Below, one piece after another: positions 31,427 through 41,665 of a stretch of DNA of 64,000 nucleotides. This stretch comes from Sedimentisphaerales bacterium (GTDB lineage Bacteria > Planctomycetota > Phycisphaerae > Sedimentisphaerales > SM23-30). How positions within the stretch are numbered: the first letter of the stretch is position 1; the number at the start of each line of letters is the position of its first letter. The position numbers and the translations under genes were made by a program. The stretch spans positions 1 to 64,000 of the forward strand of contig CAXXFK010000018.1 of the NCBI GenBank assembly GCA_963663965.2, written 5' to 3'. The notes beneath the pieces were generated by a model. That model searched no databases. It had not been told where the DNA came from and saw only the letters and a program-made list of their open reading frames with translations.

Positions 31427-32266
31427 ATGTCATCTTCACTCAGAAGACTACGCGCCAACCGTCGTAACGCCCAGAAATCCACCGGCCCCAAAACCCCCGA
31501 GGGCAAGGCCATCTCATCCAGAAATGCCATCAAGCACGGCCTCAGCGGCCAGGACCCCGCCCACCTCATTGTCCCCGGCGAATCCGAACTCACCTACCTC
31601 GAATTCCGCGCAGCGTTGCTGCAAGACCTCAAACCCACCACCTATCTCCAGCGCCACATCGCCGACCAGATCGTCTCGGCCGCCTGGCGACTGGAACGCC
31701 TCGGCCGCATCGAAGCCGAAATGATCGACGCCCGCGTCTATAAACTCCGCCTCACCAACGAAGAAATTCGCAAAGACACCGTCATCGACCAGCCCTTCGC
31801 CCACTCCAGCATCTACTTACCACGTCACAACGAAGTCGGCACCGCCTTCACCCTCGAAACCCCCGCCTTCAACTGCCTGGCCCGCTACGAAGCCCACCTC
31901 AACCGAACCTTCCAGGCCAATCTTAAGCTCCTGCAACAGTTGCAATTACAACAAAAACCAAACGAACCCAATGCCTACCCCACGGAGTACCCATTTCCCG
32001 ATTTACCCCGCGTCCACATCCCCGACCCACCCAGAATCCCCACACACCCCAGCGAAGCCAAATTGGCCCCCGAATACATCAAAGACCGCCTGCCTGAGTT
32101 GATGAAAGACCACAGCGTAACTGACGACCAGGTCTTCAGTTACGCCTGCAACCGCTACGAAGCCCTCAACACCTTCTCCCAGCAGAACGGCGAAGAAGCC
32201 CTCCACGCCCTCGGTATCCCCACCAAACCCCCGGCCGATATCCCCATCCAGGAGGAAAAGAAATAA
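31427..32266 (+). CDS. Uncharacterised protein of the 'ANRRNAQKSTGPKTPEGK..NAIKHGL' family (HGGxSTG-related motif)
   Basis: Strong RBS AGGAGG, the family N-terminal motif, 'IVSAAWRLERLGRIE' and 'LARYEAHLNR' segments, strongly C-biased codons. Confidence 0.8.
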   Translation: MSSSLRRLRANRRNAQKSTGPKTPEGKAISSRNAIKHGLSGQDPAHLIVPGESELTYLEFRAALLQDLKPTTYLQRHIADQIVSAAWRLERLGRIEAEMIDARVYKLRLTNEEIRKDTVIDQPFAHSSIYLPRHNEVGTAFTLETPAFNCLARYEAHLNRTFQANLKLLQQLQLQQKPNEPNAYPTEYPFPDLPRVHIPDPPRIPTHPSEAKLAPEYIKDRLPELMKDHSVTDDQVFSYACNRYEALNTFSQQNGEEALHALGIPTKPPADIPIQEEKK

Positions 32267-32570
32267 GATAAACTCAACGACTACAACCAGAGCATAACAC
32301 TCATGGATTGAACAGAAAATTCAATCCACCCGGACCCGCTGCGCACCTTGGTTACCAAATATATAGCAGTGAAACTGTTCTTTTATCGTTTGAAAAAAAC
32401 GATCCGATTGGAACAGTTTCATGAATGAAACGAACGGATAACGCATTAATATTATCATCCCTGGCCCCGATGGCCGGCGAAAGCTCCATCAGCGCCTCCG
32501 GGTGAAAAGTTTAAAGGGGTGAAGAAAACGACGTGGGCGATGCCCATCCTGTGACTGATCAACGGGTCGG

Positions 32571-33155
32571 TTACTGGGGGCAATAATCCAGCCAATAGGT
32601 TGAGAGCCAGGCGAAATCGGGCATGAACGCGCCGGAATCGCTGCCATGCGGGTCTGTCCCTTTATCCAGCCAGCGGGCCGCCAGGTCAGCCAGATCCATC
32701 ATGGATACCATGCAAACCCGGACCGCGCCGGTTTTCAGCCTGAACCGGATCCAGCCGATATTCTCGCCCCAGGCCCAGCCGTAAAACTGGCCGCCGGAAT
32801 CAATTTTAACACCATAGTCGATTTTGGAATTGGGAACCTGGGGGCTGAAATTGATCCAGCCGGCATTTTCACTCCAGGCAAAGCCGGACAGATTGCCCGC
32901 GCCATCATTCAACACGCCGCCGTACGTCGGGGCCAGGTTGATCCAGCCGAGATTTTCGGACCAGACAAATCCTTCGATCCGGTCGCGATAGACCTGCACG
33001 CCGGGACCCAGGCCGGGCTCGAAGTTGAGCCATCCGGCATTTTCACTCCAGGCGAATTGACTGCCGGTATTATCCGGGTCGATATTCTCTGCCAGCCCCA
33101 TACCGGCCAGCGTCAGCCAGAGACTCACAATTATAAGATGCGTTTTGTTATGCAT
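32571..33155 (-). CDS. Secreted hypothetical protein with four (A/V)W(S/G)ENxGWI repeats and a C-terminal dockerin-like remnant
   Basis: Signal peptide; FAWSENAGWLNF, FVWSENLGWINL, FAWSENAGWINF, WAWGENIGWIRF; DLADLAARWL..DFAWLSTYWL. Confidence 0.75.
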   Translation of the reverse strand: MHNKTHLIIVSLWLTLAGMGLAENIDPDNTGSQFAWSENAGWLNFEPGLGPGVQVYRDRIEGFVWSENLGWINLAPTYGGVLNDGAGNLSGFAWSENAGWINFSPQVPNSKIDYGVKIDSGGQFYGWAWGENIGWIRFRLKTGAVRVCMVSMMDLADLAARWLDKGTDPHGSDSGAFMPDFAWLSTYWLDYCPQ

Positions 33156-33166
33156 GTTACCGGCCC

Positions 33167-34234
33167 TTAATCAGTCAGGTTGTCAACGCGCACACTGCCG
33201 GAACCCGACACCATGCTCGCCACCGTGTTTCCGAGAGCGACATTATTTTTGAGCATGACCACCTGGGTATTCGCGCTGATGCCGACACCGGTATTCCGAC
33301 AGCAAACATTATCGATAATCAGGCAGGAGTGAGAACAGAGCAGGCCTCCCCCCTGGGTGTTATCGCAAATATTGTTGCCCTTCACGGTGCAATTGGATGA
33401 GCAATAGAGCCCATAGTAACCGTTATAACCGCAGATATTGTTCTGGATCAGGCAATCCTGGCCGATACGCATGCCATAGTAACCGTTGTGGGTGCAGGTG
33501 TTGCCGATAATCTGGCAGGAATTGAGGCATTGAATACCGGCATAGGAATTGGAATGGGTGGCGCAGTTGTTGATTCGGCAGCCGGTAATGATTGCCCGGT
33601 TCTCGGTCCGGACCCCGTCCCAGGGACAGTCGCTGATCACGCAGTTTTCGACCCGATGCCCATCGCCCCAGAGCTGCAGACCGGCCCTGGCCGCCTTCTC
33701 GATCGTGACATCGCGAATCGTGGCATGGGAGGTGATCTTCGGCGTAGAGCCGCTTACCTTGAGAATCGCTATGCCAAACGTGAAACCGCGGTAATAGGTC
33801 TCGCCGTCCGTACGAAAATCGGAAACAATCGCGCCATTTTTAATTGTTACATCGGTATAGCTGTGATCAATGGAAATGCCGCTGTAACCGGATATCTGAT
33901 CGGGATCGGTCGTGGCCCAGCTCCGGCTGATGGTATAGCCGTTGAGGTCGATGGTGACATGGCCGGCCTGGACATGAATCACGGTTTTGTTATTGATATT
34001 GGACACAATATGATCGGTCAGGTAATACGTGCCGGGCTCGGTAATCAAATAGACAATCGTGTTGGTGCCGGACAGGCTTTGGATGGGGATGCGCGGTTCG
34101 ATCTGGTCCAGGGTCTTCATGGTGCCGGAGATGGGCGGTTCGGACGGTTCCAGTTGCCCGGCCTGGATGGCCTGAAAACAGAACAACAGGGTCAAAATCA
34201 AACCGGCGCTAACGGACGGGCTCAATAAACGCAT
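33167..34234 (-). CDS. Secreted right-handed parallel beta-helix repeat protein
   Basis: MKTLDQIEPRIPI, ITEPGTYYLT and VTIDLNGYTI, followed by repeated 'CxIxxNxxxxNxxxGI' units. Start MRLLS at 34234 with GGAG RBS. Confidence 0.82.
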   Translation of the reverse strand: MRLLSPSVSAGLILTLLFCFQAIQAGQLEPSEPPISGTMKTLDQIEPRIPIQSLSGTNTIVYLITEPGTYYLTDHIVSNINNKTVIHVQAGHVTIDLNGYTISRSWATTDPDQISGYSGISIDHSYTDVTIKNGAIVSDFRTDGETYYRGFTFGIAILKVSGSTPKITSHATIRDVTIEKAARAGLQLWGDGHRVENCVISDCPWDGVRTENRAIITGCRINNCATHSNSYAGIQCLNSCQIIGNTCTHNGYYGMRIGQDCLIQNNICGYNGYYGLYCSSNCTVKGNNICDNTQGGGLLCSHSCLIIDNVCCRNTGVGISANTQVVMLKNNVALGNTVASMVSGSGSVRVDNLTD

Positions 34235-34699
34235 TTGTTTCTCCTGCAAAGTAGACTCATCGGGTATGGAACGATCTGATTGTTCGCATGAGTCAAGGCG
34301 CCAAGTATCGCGTCTCTTCAGGCGGACTGGATTCATTTTTGATTTTTCTTCCAGGCTTTATTCAGATTTTTCCAGCAAACTCAACGCTTCGGCCACATCG
34401 CCGATCATAAGGCTATTATTATACTCCAGATCGCGATATTGGGCAATAGTCGAATTCGGCTAATTCCCAGTATGTTTGATAGATCCAGATTACGCCGGAT
34501 TATAATCGTCATAATCGATATCATTTTGCACATTCAACTTCATGGGGAATAAGATGTTCCCATAACCATTGTTGTCTGAATCCGGCTTCCCCCGCAATGA
34601 GTCAACTTCAACTGCCCCGATAAGCCGTGATTTTGGTTTGTGAAAAATGGGTAAAATGGAATTTTTTATATTGGTAGAATAGAAATAATTGGGGGAGGA

Positions 34700-35731
34700 T
34701 TATTTCAGAACCCAGCGTTTGAGGTGGTAGAATTTGACGGGCGGGCAGTGTTGACCGGGTTGCGGGCCGGGGGGGACGAGCATCCAGGCGGAGGAGGGGA
34801 CGATTTGGAGTTGGAGGGGGAGGGTGCAATAAGGGTCGCCGTCGATTTCGATGGGCAGATTTTCGCAGGGGCTGCTGATGTGTATTTTGTGGCAACGCCG
34901 TCGGAGCATTCTACCGGGCCAGTCTTTGAAGCGGCCGGCGGTGCGGACGGAATGGTGGAGCAGGTCGATCTGGTTTTTGCAGATATAGAAGGTCAGGTCG
35001 AAATAGCCATCGCCGCAATCGGCCTGGGGGCTGATAATTAAGCCGGCGGCATAGCGCGAGACATTGCTGACAAAAACCAGGCCGGGTTCTTCGGCGAGGA
35101 ATTCGCCATCGATTTCGACCCGGATCGGCGGGAATTTGTATTCCCAGAAGGTGCGGCAGATCGGCCAGATGTAATTGAGCGGGGTGATGTGGCCTGAGCG
35201 GCGGCTGTGAACGTATTTGACGACCTGGGCATCGAATCCAACTCCGATCACGGACATAAAGGAATGGTCATTCACTTTACCCAGATCCAGCGCCCGCATC
35301 ATGCCGCTATCGAGAGCGGCCAGGGCGTTATCGACGGTGCCATCCAGGCCCAGTTCTTGGGCCAGCAGGTTTTCGGTGCCAGTTGGGACCAGCAGGACCG
35401 GGACACAGCGGCCATGTATGGCGCCGGCTACTTCCCGGACGGTGCCATCGCCGCCGGCTACGACAATATGAACCGGGCAATCCTCCACCGCAATCGCATG
35501 ATAGGGGAGCTTTCCGTTCAACAGGTTATTCGATTCATCATGCAACCCTTCGGCGATCGCACATTGAACAGCCTGGCGGGCAAGTTCGCCGGCATGTTTC
35601 AGTGAGCGGGTCAGGTCGACCTGGACCCGATGGCCACGAGCCAGCAGGACCTCTCGCAGGTGTCTTAACGCCGAAACATCCAGGCTGTTGCCCGATTTTG
35701 GGTTGATAATGAACTGAAAAAATTTCTTCAA
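34700..35731 (-). CDS. Diacylglycerol/lipid kinase family protein (YegS/DagK-like)
   Basis: IINPKSG, VAGGDGTV, PTGTENLLA, GVGFDA and EIDGDP motifs. Confidence 0.9.
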   Translation of the reverse strand: MKKFFQFIINPKSGNSLDVSALRHLREVLLARGHRVQVDLTRSLKHAGELARQAVQCAIAEGLHDESNNLLNGKLPYHAIAVEDCPVHIVVAGGDGTVREVAGAIHGRCVPVLLVPTGTENLLAQELGLDGTVDNALAALDSGMMRALDLGKVNDHSFMSVIGVGFDAQVVKYVHSRRSGHITPLNYIWPICRTFWEYKFPPIRVEIDGEFLAEEPGLVFVSNVSRYAAGLIISPQADCGDGYFDLTFYICKNQIDLLHHSVRTAGRFKDWPGRMLRRRCHKIHISSPCENLPIEIDGDPYCTLPLQLQIVPSSAWMLVPPGPQPGQHCPPVKFYHLKRWVLK

Positions 35732-36158
35732 AGTCCGTATTCCTTTGTTGATCAGCTGCTTCGGCCCGAATCCAAGTATATATATGATAAAGTGTTATAT
35801 GATTTTAAAGTCATTTCATAATCCGGGCTGATAATTAATGTATCGGCTGAATATCTGATAACAATTAGCCTCTTGGGATAGATGTTATTCGAATTCAAAT
35901 GAAATAGACGTTTCCTGAAAGAGAACCGGAACAGCCGGACAAATTCGATTCCAAATCCAAGTCTGTTAAACACATATGGATTATAATCGAATCAGGAGGG
36001 TATTTTCATGGTAAAAAACAGGCGATCTGATGATTTGTGAGAAATTAGCCAGGCGATTTGGACTGTCCAATAATAGATTTTGTTTTGATTTGTGGTTGAA
36101 CTATTCAATGAATGTTATTTTTCTGGAACCCCGGATGGGGTTTTACTATATTAATTCT

Positions 36159-36527
36159 ATGAAATTATCTATTTTGAAATCGAAATTACACCGAGCCACC
36201 ATTACGGAAGCCAATCTGGATTATGTTGGCAGTATTACAATTGATGAAGACCTGATGGACGCGGCGGGTTTATATGAATATGAAAAGGTGTTGGTTGCCA
36301 ATCTGGAAAATGGAACCCGTCATGAAACCTATGTGATCAAGGGCGCGCGCGGATCGGGTGTGATCTGTTCGAACGGCGCGGCCGCTCATCTGGTCAGCGT
36401 GGGGGATAAGGTGATCATTCTGGCTTTTGCCCAGTTGCATCCTGATGAAATTCCGGGACATAAACCACGCATTGTCGTCGTTGGTCCTGACAATAAAGTT
36501 GATAAGATCAAGGTAAGCCCCGATTAA
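36159..36527 (+). CDS. panD: Aspartate 1-decarboxylase
   Basis: LKSKLHRATIT..YVGSITID (Gly-Ser cleavage site), ETYVI and NGAAAH motifs. Confidence 0.96.
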   Translation: MKLSILKSKLHRATITEANLDYVGSITIDEDLMDAAGLYEYEKVLVANLENGTRHETYVIKGARGSGVICSNGAAAHLVSVGDKVIILAFAQLHPDEIPGHKPRIVVVGPDNKVDKIKVSPD

Positions 36528-36529
36528 TT

Positions 36530-37633
36530 ATGCGGCCGGAACTGTTTGTCATACCGTTTTTGAATCTCAGCATCAAGTCTTACGGGACGATGATGGTGAT
36601 CGGTTTTGTTTCGGCGATGTATCTGGCGCGCTGGCTGGCCCGCCGCTATAAAGAGGATCCTGAACATATCAGTGGATTTACTGTCTATGCCATGATTGCC
36701 GGGGTGCTGGGCGCGCGGATCTTTCACATTATCCATTTTATCGATCAATACCGCGATAACTGGATGGATGTCTTTAAGATCTGGAATGGCGGCTTGGAAT
36801 TTCTGGGCGGCTTTCTGGCGGTATTGGTCGTGATGTTTTTTTACTTCAGGCGGCACAAGCTGAACGCGCTGAAATATATGGATATTCTGGCGGTGGCGCT
36901 GATGATGGGGCTGGGTTTTGGCCGGATCGGCTGTTTTATCAATGGCTGCTGTTTCGGCAAGACCACCGAGCTGCCCTGGGGGATTGTTTTCCCGGTTTAC
37001 AATACCTATACGGATTTCAGTGTGGGCGCCAAGCCGCAGCAGTACTGGCAGTACAGTCATTCGTACAATTATCAGTTGTATCCCGACAACGACCGGCGGC
37101 CGGGCGAGGGGCCGATTATCCCGTTGCCCGATGATTATTACGATGGCTATGTCGATAAGGATGGGCATCGAGTCGATTCGCTGGAAGAGGTGCCGGCGGA
37201 TCAGAGGGAGCGGTATTCGCGGTATGTGAAACCGCCCGGCCTGCTTACCGAGAAGCAATTACAGGATATGCGCCGGGGCGGGCCTTACTGCATGCATCCG
37301 ATCCACCCGACCCAGATCTATTCATCGCTGAACGCGTTTGGCATTATGGCGATATTGCTGATCTGGCATAAAAGGCGTTTCAAGGCGTTCGATCAGGGTA
37401 AACCGATCGCCTTTGGTGTATTGTCGGCCCTGGTGCTGTTATTGTATGGTCCGACCCGCATTATCCTGGAATATCTGCGTTCGGACAGTCCCAAGGAATT
37501 TACCGGTTTGACGATTTCGCAGAATTTGTCGATTCTGGCTATTCTGGGGGGGATAGGGTTGATGATCTATGCGATTCGGCATGCTAAAAAGCAGGCACGG
37601 AAACTGGAAAGCGCCGGCAATACTCCGGGTTGA
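36530..37633 (+). CDS. lgt: Prolipoprotein diacylglyceryl transferase
   Basis: YGTMM, GARIFHI, IWNGGLEFLGG, GRIGCFINGCCFG, HPTQIY and EYLRSD motifs. Confidence 0.93.
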   Translation: MRPELFVIPFLNLSIKSYGTMMVIGFVSAMYLARWLARRYKEDPEHISGFTVYAMIAGVLGARIFHIIHFIDQYRDNWMDVFKIWNGGLEFLGGFLAVLVVMFFYFRRHKLNALKYMDILAVALMMGLGFGRIGCFINGCCFGKTTELPWGIVFPVYNTYTDFSVGAKPQQYWQYSHSYNYQLYPDNDRRPGEGPIIPLPDDYYDGYVDKDGHRVDSLEEVPADQRERYSRYVKPPGLLTEKQLQDMRRGGPYCMHPIHPTQIYSSLNAFGIMAILLIWHKRRFKAFDQGKPIAFGVLSALVLLLYGPTRIILEYLRSDSPKEFTGLTISQNLSILAILGGIGLMIYAIRHAKKQARKLESAGNTPG

Positions 37634-37718
37634 TAAGCGTTATCGTTGTTAGTCCAATTGGGTATGGAACTATTAGATTGCGCGTGATTGAGGCTACAAA
37701 GGATCAGGTGCAAGGCAA

Positions 37719-37743
37719 TAGACGCGAAGCATCGCGTATCTAC
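37719..37743 (-). repeat. GTAG-type REP palindrome
   Basis: Minus strand GTAGATACGCGATGCTTCGCGTCTA: GTAG foot plus ACGCGA-N4-TCGCGT stem. Confidence 0.6.
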
Positions 37744-37770
37744 TGACGGCAAACTTAAGGAAGGCTGCTT

Positions 37771-39168
37771 ATGGTTATACCGCCACTGGCGATTTTGGTG
37801 ATTGGTGTCGTTACGGTACTGGTAATGATTATTGTTTTGCGACTCAATGCCTTTCTGGCGATGATCGTGGCGGCCCTGGTGGTGAGTCTGCTGGCGCCGG
37901 GCGACTGGTCGGAGAAGGTGGGCCGGGTGGCAGTGGAATTCGGTACGACGGCCGGTAAGATCGGGATTGTGATCGCTTTGGCGGCGGTGATCGGGCGGTG
38001 TCTGATCGAGAGCGGATCGGCTGACCGGATTGTCCGGTTGATTCTGAAGCTGATGGGCGAGAAGCGTTGTCCGGTGGCATTGATGTCCAGTGGGTTTATT
38101 TTGTCGATCCCGGTGTTTTTCGATACGGTGTTTTACCTGCTGCTGCCGCTGGCCCGATCGATGCACCGCCGGACGAAAAAGAGTTATCTGCTGTTGATCC
38201 TGGCGATGGGGGCCGGGGCGTCGATTACCCATTCGCTGGTGCCGCCTACGCCGGGGCCTTTGCTGATCGCGGATATGCTGCATATCGATCTGGGAATTAT
38301 GATTGTGATCGGATTATTAACGGCGGGGTGTACGGGGGTGGTGATGCTGTTTTTTGTGAGCTGGCTGAGCGGCCGGTTCGATATTCCGATGCGGCCGCTG
38401 GAAGGGGGGCGGCCGGAACCGGAGCCGCTACCGGATGATCAATTGCCGGGGTTGTTGGCGGCGGAGCTACCGATTATTCTGCCGGTGCTGCTGATCGCTG
38501 CGCAGACGGTGGTGTCGATGCTGGCGAAAAACGCGGCGCCGGAGGCAGCGATACATTCACTGACAGGTTTGTTCGCGGTGATTGGCAACGCCAATTTTGC
38601 CATGCTGCTGGCGGCGGTGATCGCGCTGGTGGTGTTATGGCGTCAGCGGAAGCCCGGCCGGGAGGAACTGGCAAGAATGGTGGAGACCTCGCTAATGAGC
38701 GGTGGGGTGATTATTCTGATTACTTCGGCGGGAGGCGCCTTTGGCGCGATGCTCAAGGCCGCCGGGATTGGTGATGCGATAAAAGCGTTGATCGCGACTG
38801 ATGCCGGCGCGACGCTGGGAGGGATTCAGCTACTGTTGCTGGCCTGGTTTATTGCCTTTCTGATCAAGTTTGCCCAGGGTTCCAGTACGGTGGCGATGAT
38901 TACCGCATCGGGTATGATCGCGGCGCTGCTGGGGCCGGAACCGGCGCTCAGTTATCACGCGGTTTACCTGGCGTGCGCGATTGGATTTGGGGCCCAGTGC
39001 GGCAACTGGATGAATGACAGCGGGTTCTGGATTTTTGCGAAGATGAGCGGACTGACGGAAGTGGAGACCCTGAAGACCTGGACAGTGACGGTGAGCAGTC
39101 TGGCGGTGGTGGGGCTGGGATTTACGATACTGTTCGCGCAGATACTGCCCCTGGTTAAGGGACCGTAA
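37771..39168 (+). CDS. GntP-family (gluconate:H+ symporter-like) permease
   Basis: IPVFFD, HSLVPPTPGP, ITSAGGAFG, AQGSSTVAMIT and NDSGFW motifs. Confidence 0.93.
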   Translation: MVIPPLAILVIGVVTVLVMIIVLRLNAFLAMIVAALVVSLLAPGDWSEKVGRVAVEFGTTAGKIGIVIALAAVIGRCLIESGSADRIVRLILKLMGEKRCPVALMSSGFILSIPVFFDTVFYLLLPLARSMHRRTKKSYLLLILAMGAGASITHSLVPPTPGPLLIADMLHIDLGIMIVIGLLTAGCTGVVMLFFVSWLSGRFDIPMRPLEGGRPEPEPLPDDQLPGLLAAELPIILPVLLIAAQTVVSMLAKNAAPEAAIHSLTGLFAVIGNANFAMLLAAVIALVVLWRQRKPGREELARMVETSLMSGGVIILITSAGGAFGAMLKAAGIGDAIKALIATDAGATLGGIQLLLLAWFIAFLIKFAQGSSTVAMITASGMIAALLGPEPALSYHAVYLACAIGFGAQCGNWMNDSGFWIFAKMSGLTEVETLKTWTVTVSSLAVVGLGFTILFAQILPLVKGP

Positions 39169-39362
39169 ATAAATAACACCTTCATTTATCATCCTATCTT
39201 ACCGCCATCTTTAGCCGCTTCTCAATCGCGAAATCCTCGACATAGCACAGCACTGCCTGAGATTTCGCTCAATCGGCGCATCTGAATCTGACGACAAGCT
39301 GTGCGATAAATGCAGCATTTATTAATATACGGACCCTAAGACCTGATTTTTTTGGAGATACT

Positions 39363-40412
39363 ATGAAAGCGCTGGTTCTTACAGCTGCCAGTCAGTTTGA
39401 GTATAAGGATATTGCAGAACCTTCTTTGAGTGCTGATGAGGTGCGTATTGGCGTGCGGGCCTGCGGGATCTGCGGCAGCGATGTGCATGGGATGGATGGC
39501 AGTACGGGGCGGCGGATTCCGCCAATTGTGATGGGGCATGAAGCGACCGGAGTGATTGTTGAAATGGGGACGGCGGTATCCGGCTGGACTGTAGGGGATC
39601 GGGGTGACGTTCGACTCCACGATTTATTGTAACCGGTGTGATTTTTGCCGGGGGGGGCAGGTTAACCTGTGCGATAATCGACGGGTGCTGGGTGTGTCTT
39701 GTGGGGAATATCGTCAGAACGGGGCATTTGCCGAGTCGGTAGTAGTGCCGGCTCATATCCTATACCGGCTACCGGATGGGGGTGACCTTTGAGCAGGGCG
39801 CGATGGTGGAAGCGTTGTCGATTGCGGTCCATGCTGTTAAGCGAGTTGGTTTAAAGCCAGGCAGACGGCAGAGCGCGCTGGTGGTGGGGGCCGGGATGAT
39901 CGGGCTATTGACCATCCAGACCTTGAAGGCGCTGGGGGTGCGGGATGATTATCGCGGTGGATGTGGATCCGGGCCGGTTGCAACTGGCGAGGGAATTGGG
40001 GGCGGATCATGTATTGGATCCGGGGTCGGATGATGTGGCGGCCTGCTGCCGGGAGTTGAGTGGCGGCGGGGGTGTCGAGCTGGCGTTTGAGGCGGTAGGT
40101 GTGACGGAAACAGTTCGCGGGGCGATTGCCGCTTTGAAGAAAGGGGGGCGGCTGACGCTGATTGGTAATGTTTCGCCGGAGATTCAGTTGCCGTTACAGG
40201 CGGTGGTAACGCGGGAACTAACCTTGTATGGTTCGTGCGCCTCCAGTGGCGAATATCCCGAATGTTTGAGTCTGATAGCCGGGGGGGAAAGTGAATGTTG
40301 ACCGGTTGATCAGCGCGGGTGGCGCCGCTTGTCGCAGGGGGCTGACTGGTTCAGGCGGCTTTACGCCCGGGAGCCGGGATTGATGAAAGTGGTTTTGCGG
40401 CCGGACAGTTGA
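39363..40412 (+). CDS. Zinc-dependent polyol/sugar dehydrogenase (MDR family), multiply frameshifted
   Basis: CGICGSDVHG, GHEATG, CNRCDFC..C, VVGAGMIG and EAVG motifs spread over pieces 39363-39632, 39604-39792, 39776-40033 and 39945-40301, with tail LMKVVLRPDS*. Confidence 0.82.
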
Positions 40413-40461
40413 TGAATTGAACAAGTAAACGCTAACCTGTAGAGATAAGGAAAAATACGTT

Positions 40462-41597
40462 ATGGATACTCTTAAAACCGCGATTATCGGTTGTGGCAAA
40501 GTGGCGCATCTGCACGCGAAGGCGGCTGGCGGATATCCCGTTTTCTCAATTTAGCGCGGCTTGCAGCCGTTCACAGGCGAAGGCGGAGATGTTTGCCGGG
40601 AAATACGGGGTGAAGGCTTACGACAATATCACAGAAATGATCGAACGCGAATCGATCGACGCGGTGTTGGTGTGCACGCCCCATATGTTTCATGCCCGGC
40701 CGACGATAGAAGCGTTGGAGGCGGGGCGCGCATGTGCTGGTGGAAAAGCCGCTGGCTTCATCGCTGGCGGATTGCGACGCGATGATCAACGCGGCAAAAG
40801 CCACCGGGCGTATTTTGAGTATGGTTTCGCAGCGGCGGTTCTATGAACCCTGTCTGCGCCTGCGGGAGGCGATTGACGCCGGTAAGATCGGCACGCCGAT
40901 CCTGGGCGCCGCAACGCTGCTGGGCTGGCGGGATAAAGCTTATTACAACAGCGATTCGTGGCGCGGCTCCTGGCAGGATGAAGGGGGCGGGGTATTGGTG
41001 AATCAGTCGCCGCATCAACTGGACCTGCTGCAGTGGTATATGGGGCCGATTGCCGAACTTTACGGCGGCTGGGCCAACTTCAATCATCCTTATATCGAGG
41101 TGGAAGACAGTGCGGTGGCTGTGCTGCGTTTTCGCAATGGCGGGCTGGGGACCCTGATGGTCAGCAATTCGCAGAATCCAGCGCTTTACGGCAAGGTGCT
41201 GGTGCATGGCAGTAACGGCGCGTCGGTGGGCGTGCAGACCGATGGCGGGGTGATGTTTGTGGCGGGGGGTATCCGAAATCGAAGAAGCGCCTTATAACGA
41301 TCACTGGACGGTTCCGGGCGAACAGGACCAATTGGCGCAGTGGCAGCAGGAAGACCGCGCCCGGTTCAAGACAATCAAGGCGACCGAACACTATCACCGG
41401 TTTGCAGGTGGAGGATTTTCTGAATGCGATTATCGAGGGGCGTTTGCCGCTGGTAACGGCGGGAACAGGGGCGGGTGACAGTGGAGATATTTACCGCGCT
41501 TTATCGTTCGCAGCGGGACCGCAGGCCGGTGGCTTTTCCGGTACAGCCGGAAGAGGAGGATGGCAGCTATGACGGCCGGCTATCCGGGAATGCCTGA
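40462..41597 (+). CDS. Gfo/Idh/MocA oxidoreductase, multiply frameshifted
   Basis: MDTLKTAIIGCGKVAHLH start, CTPHMFH, LVEKPLA, GGGVLVNQSPHQLD and EVED motifs. Confidence 0.82.
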
Positions 41598-41620
41598 TAA
41601 AATAGGTGTGCAAATACGAA

Positions 41621-41641
41621 AATGATTTTTGTCAGGCACTC
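41621..41641. repeat. Solitary terminal repeat related to the 18.6-kb MITE
   Basis: Reverse complement GAGTGCCTGACAAAAATCATT versus MITE end GAGTGCCTAACAAAATGATT, also flanked by TAA. Confidence 0.55.
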
Positions 41642-41665
41642 TAAGCGTTTGTCCTGGTTCGGTCT

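Noticed and set aside
34240..34620. Possible decayed gene between the beta-helix protein and the lipid kinase
   Set aside because: Coding-like fragments are interrupted by stops, and I could not assign any family.
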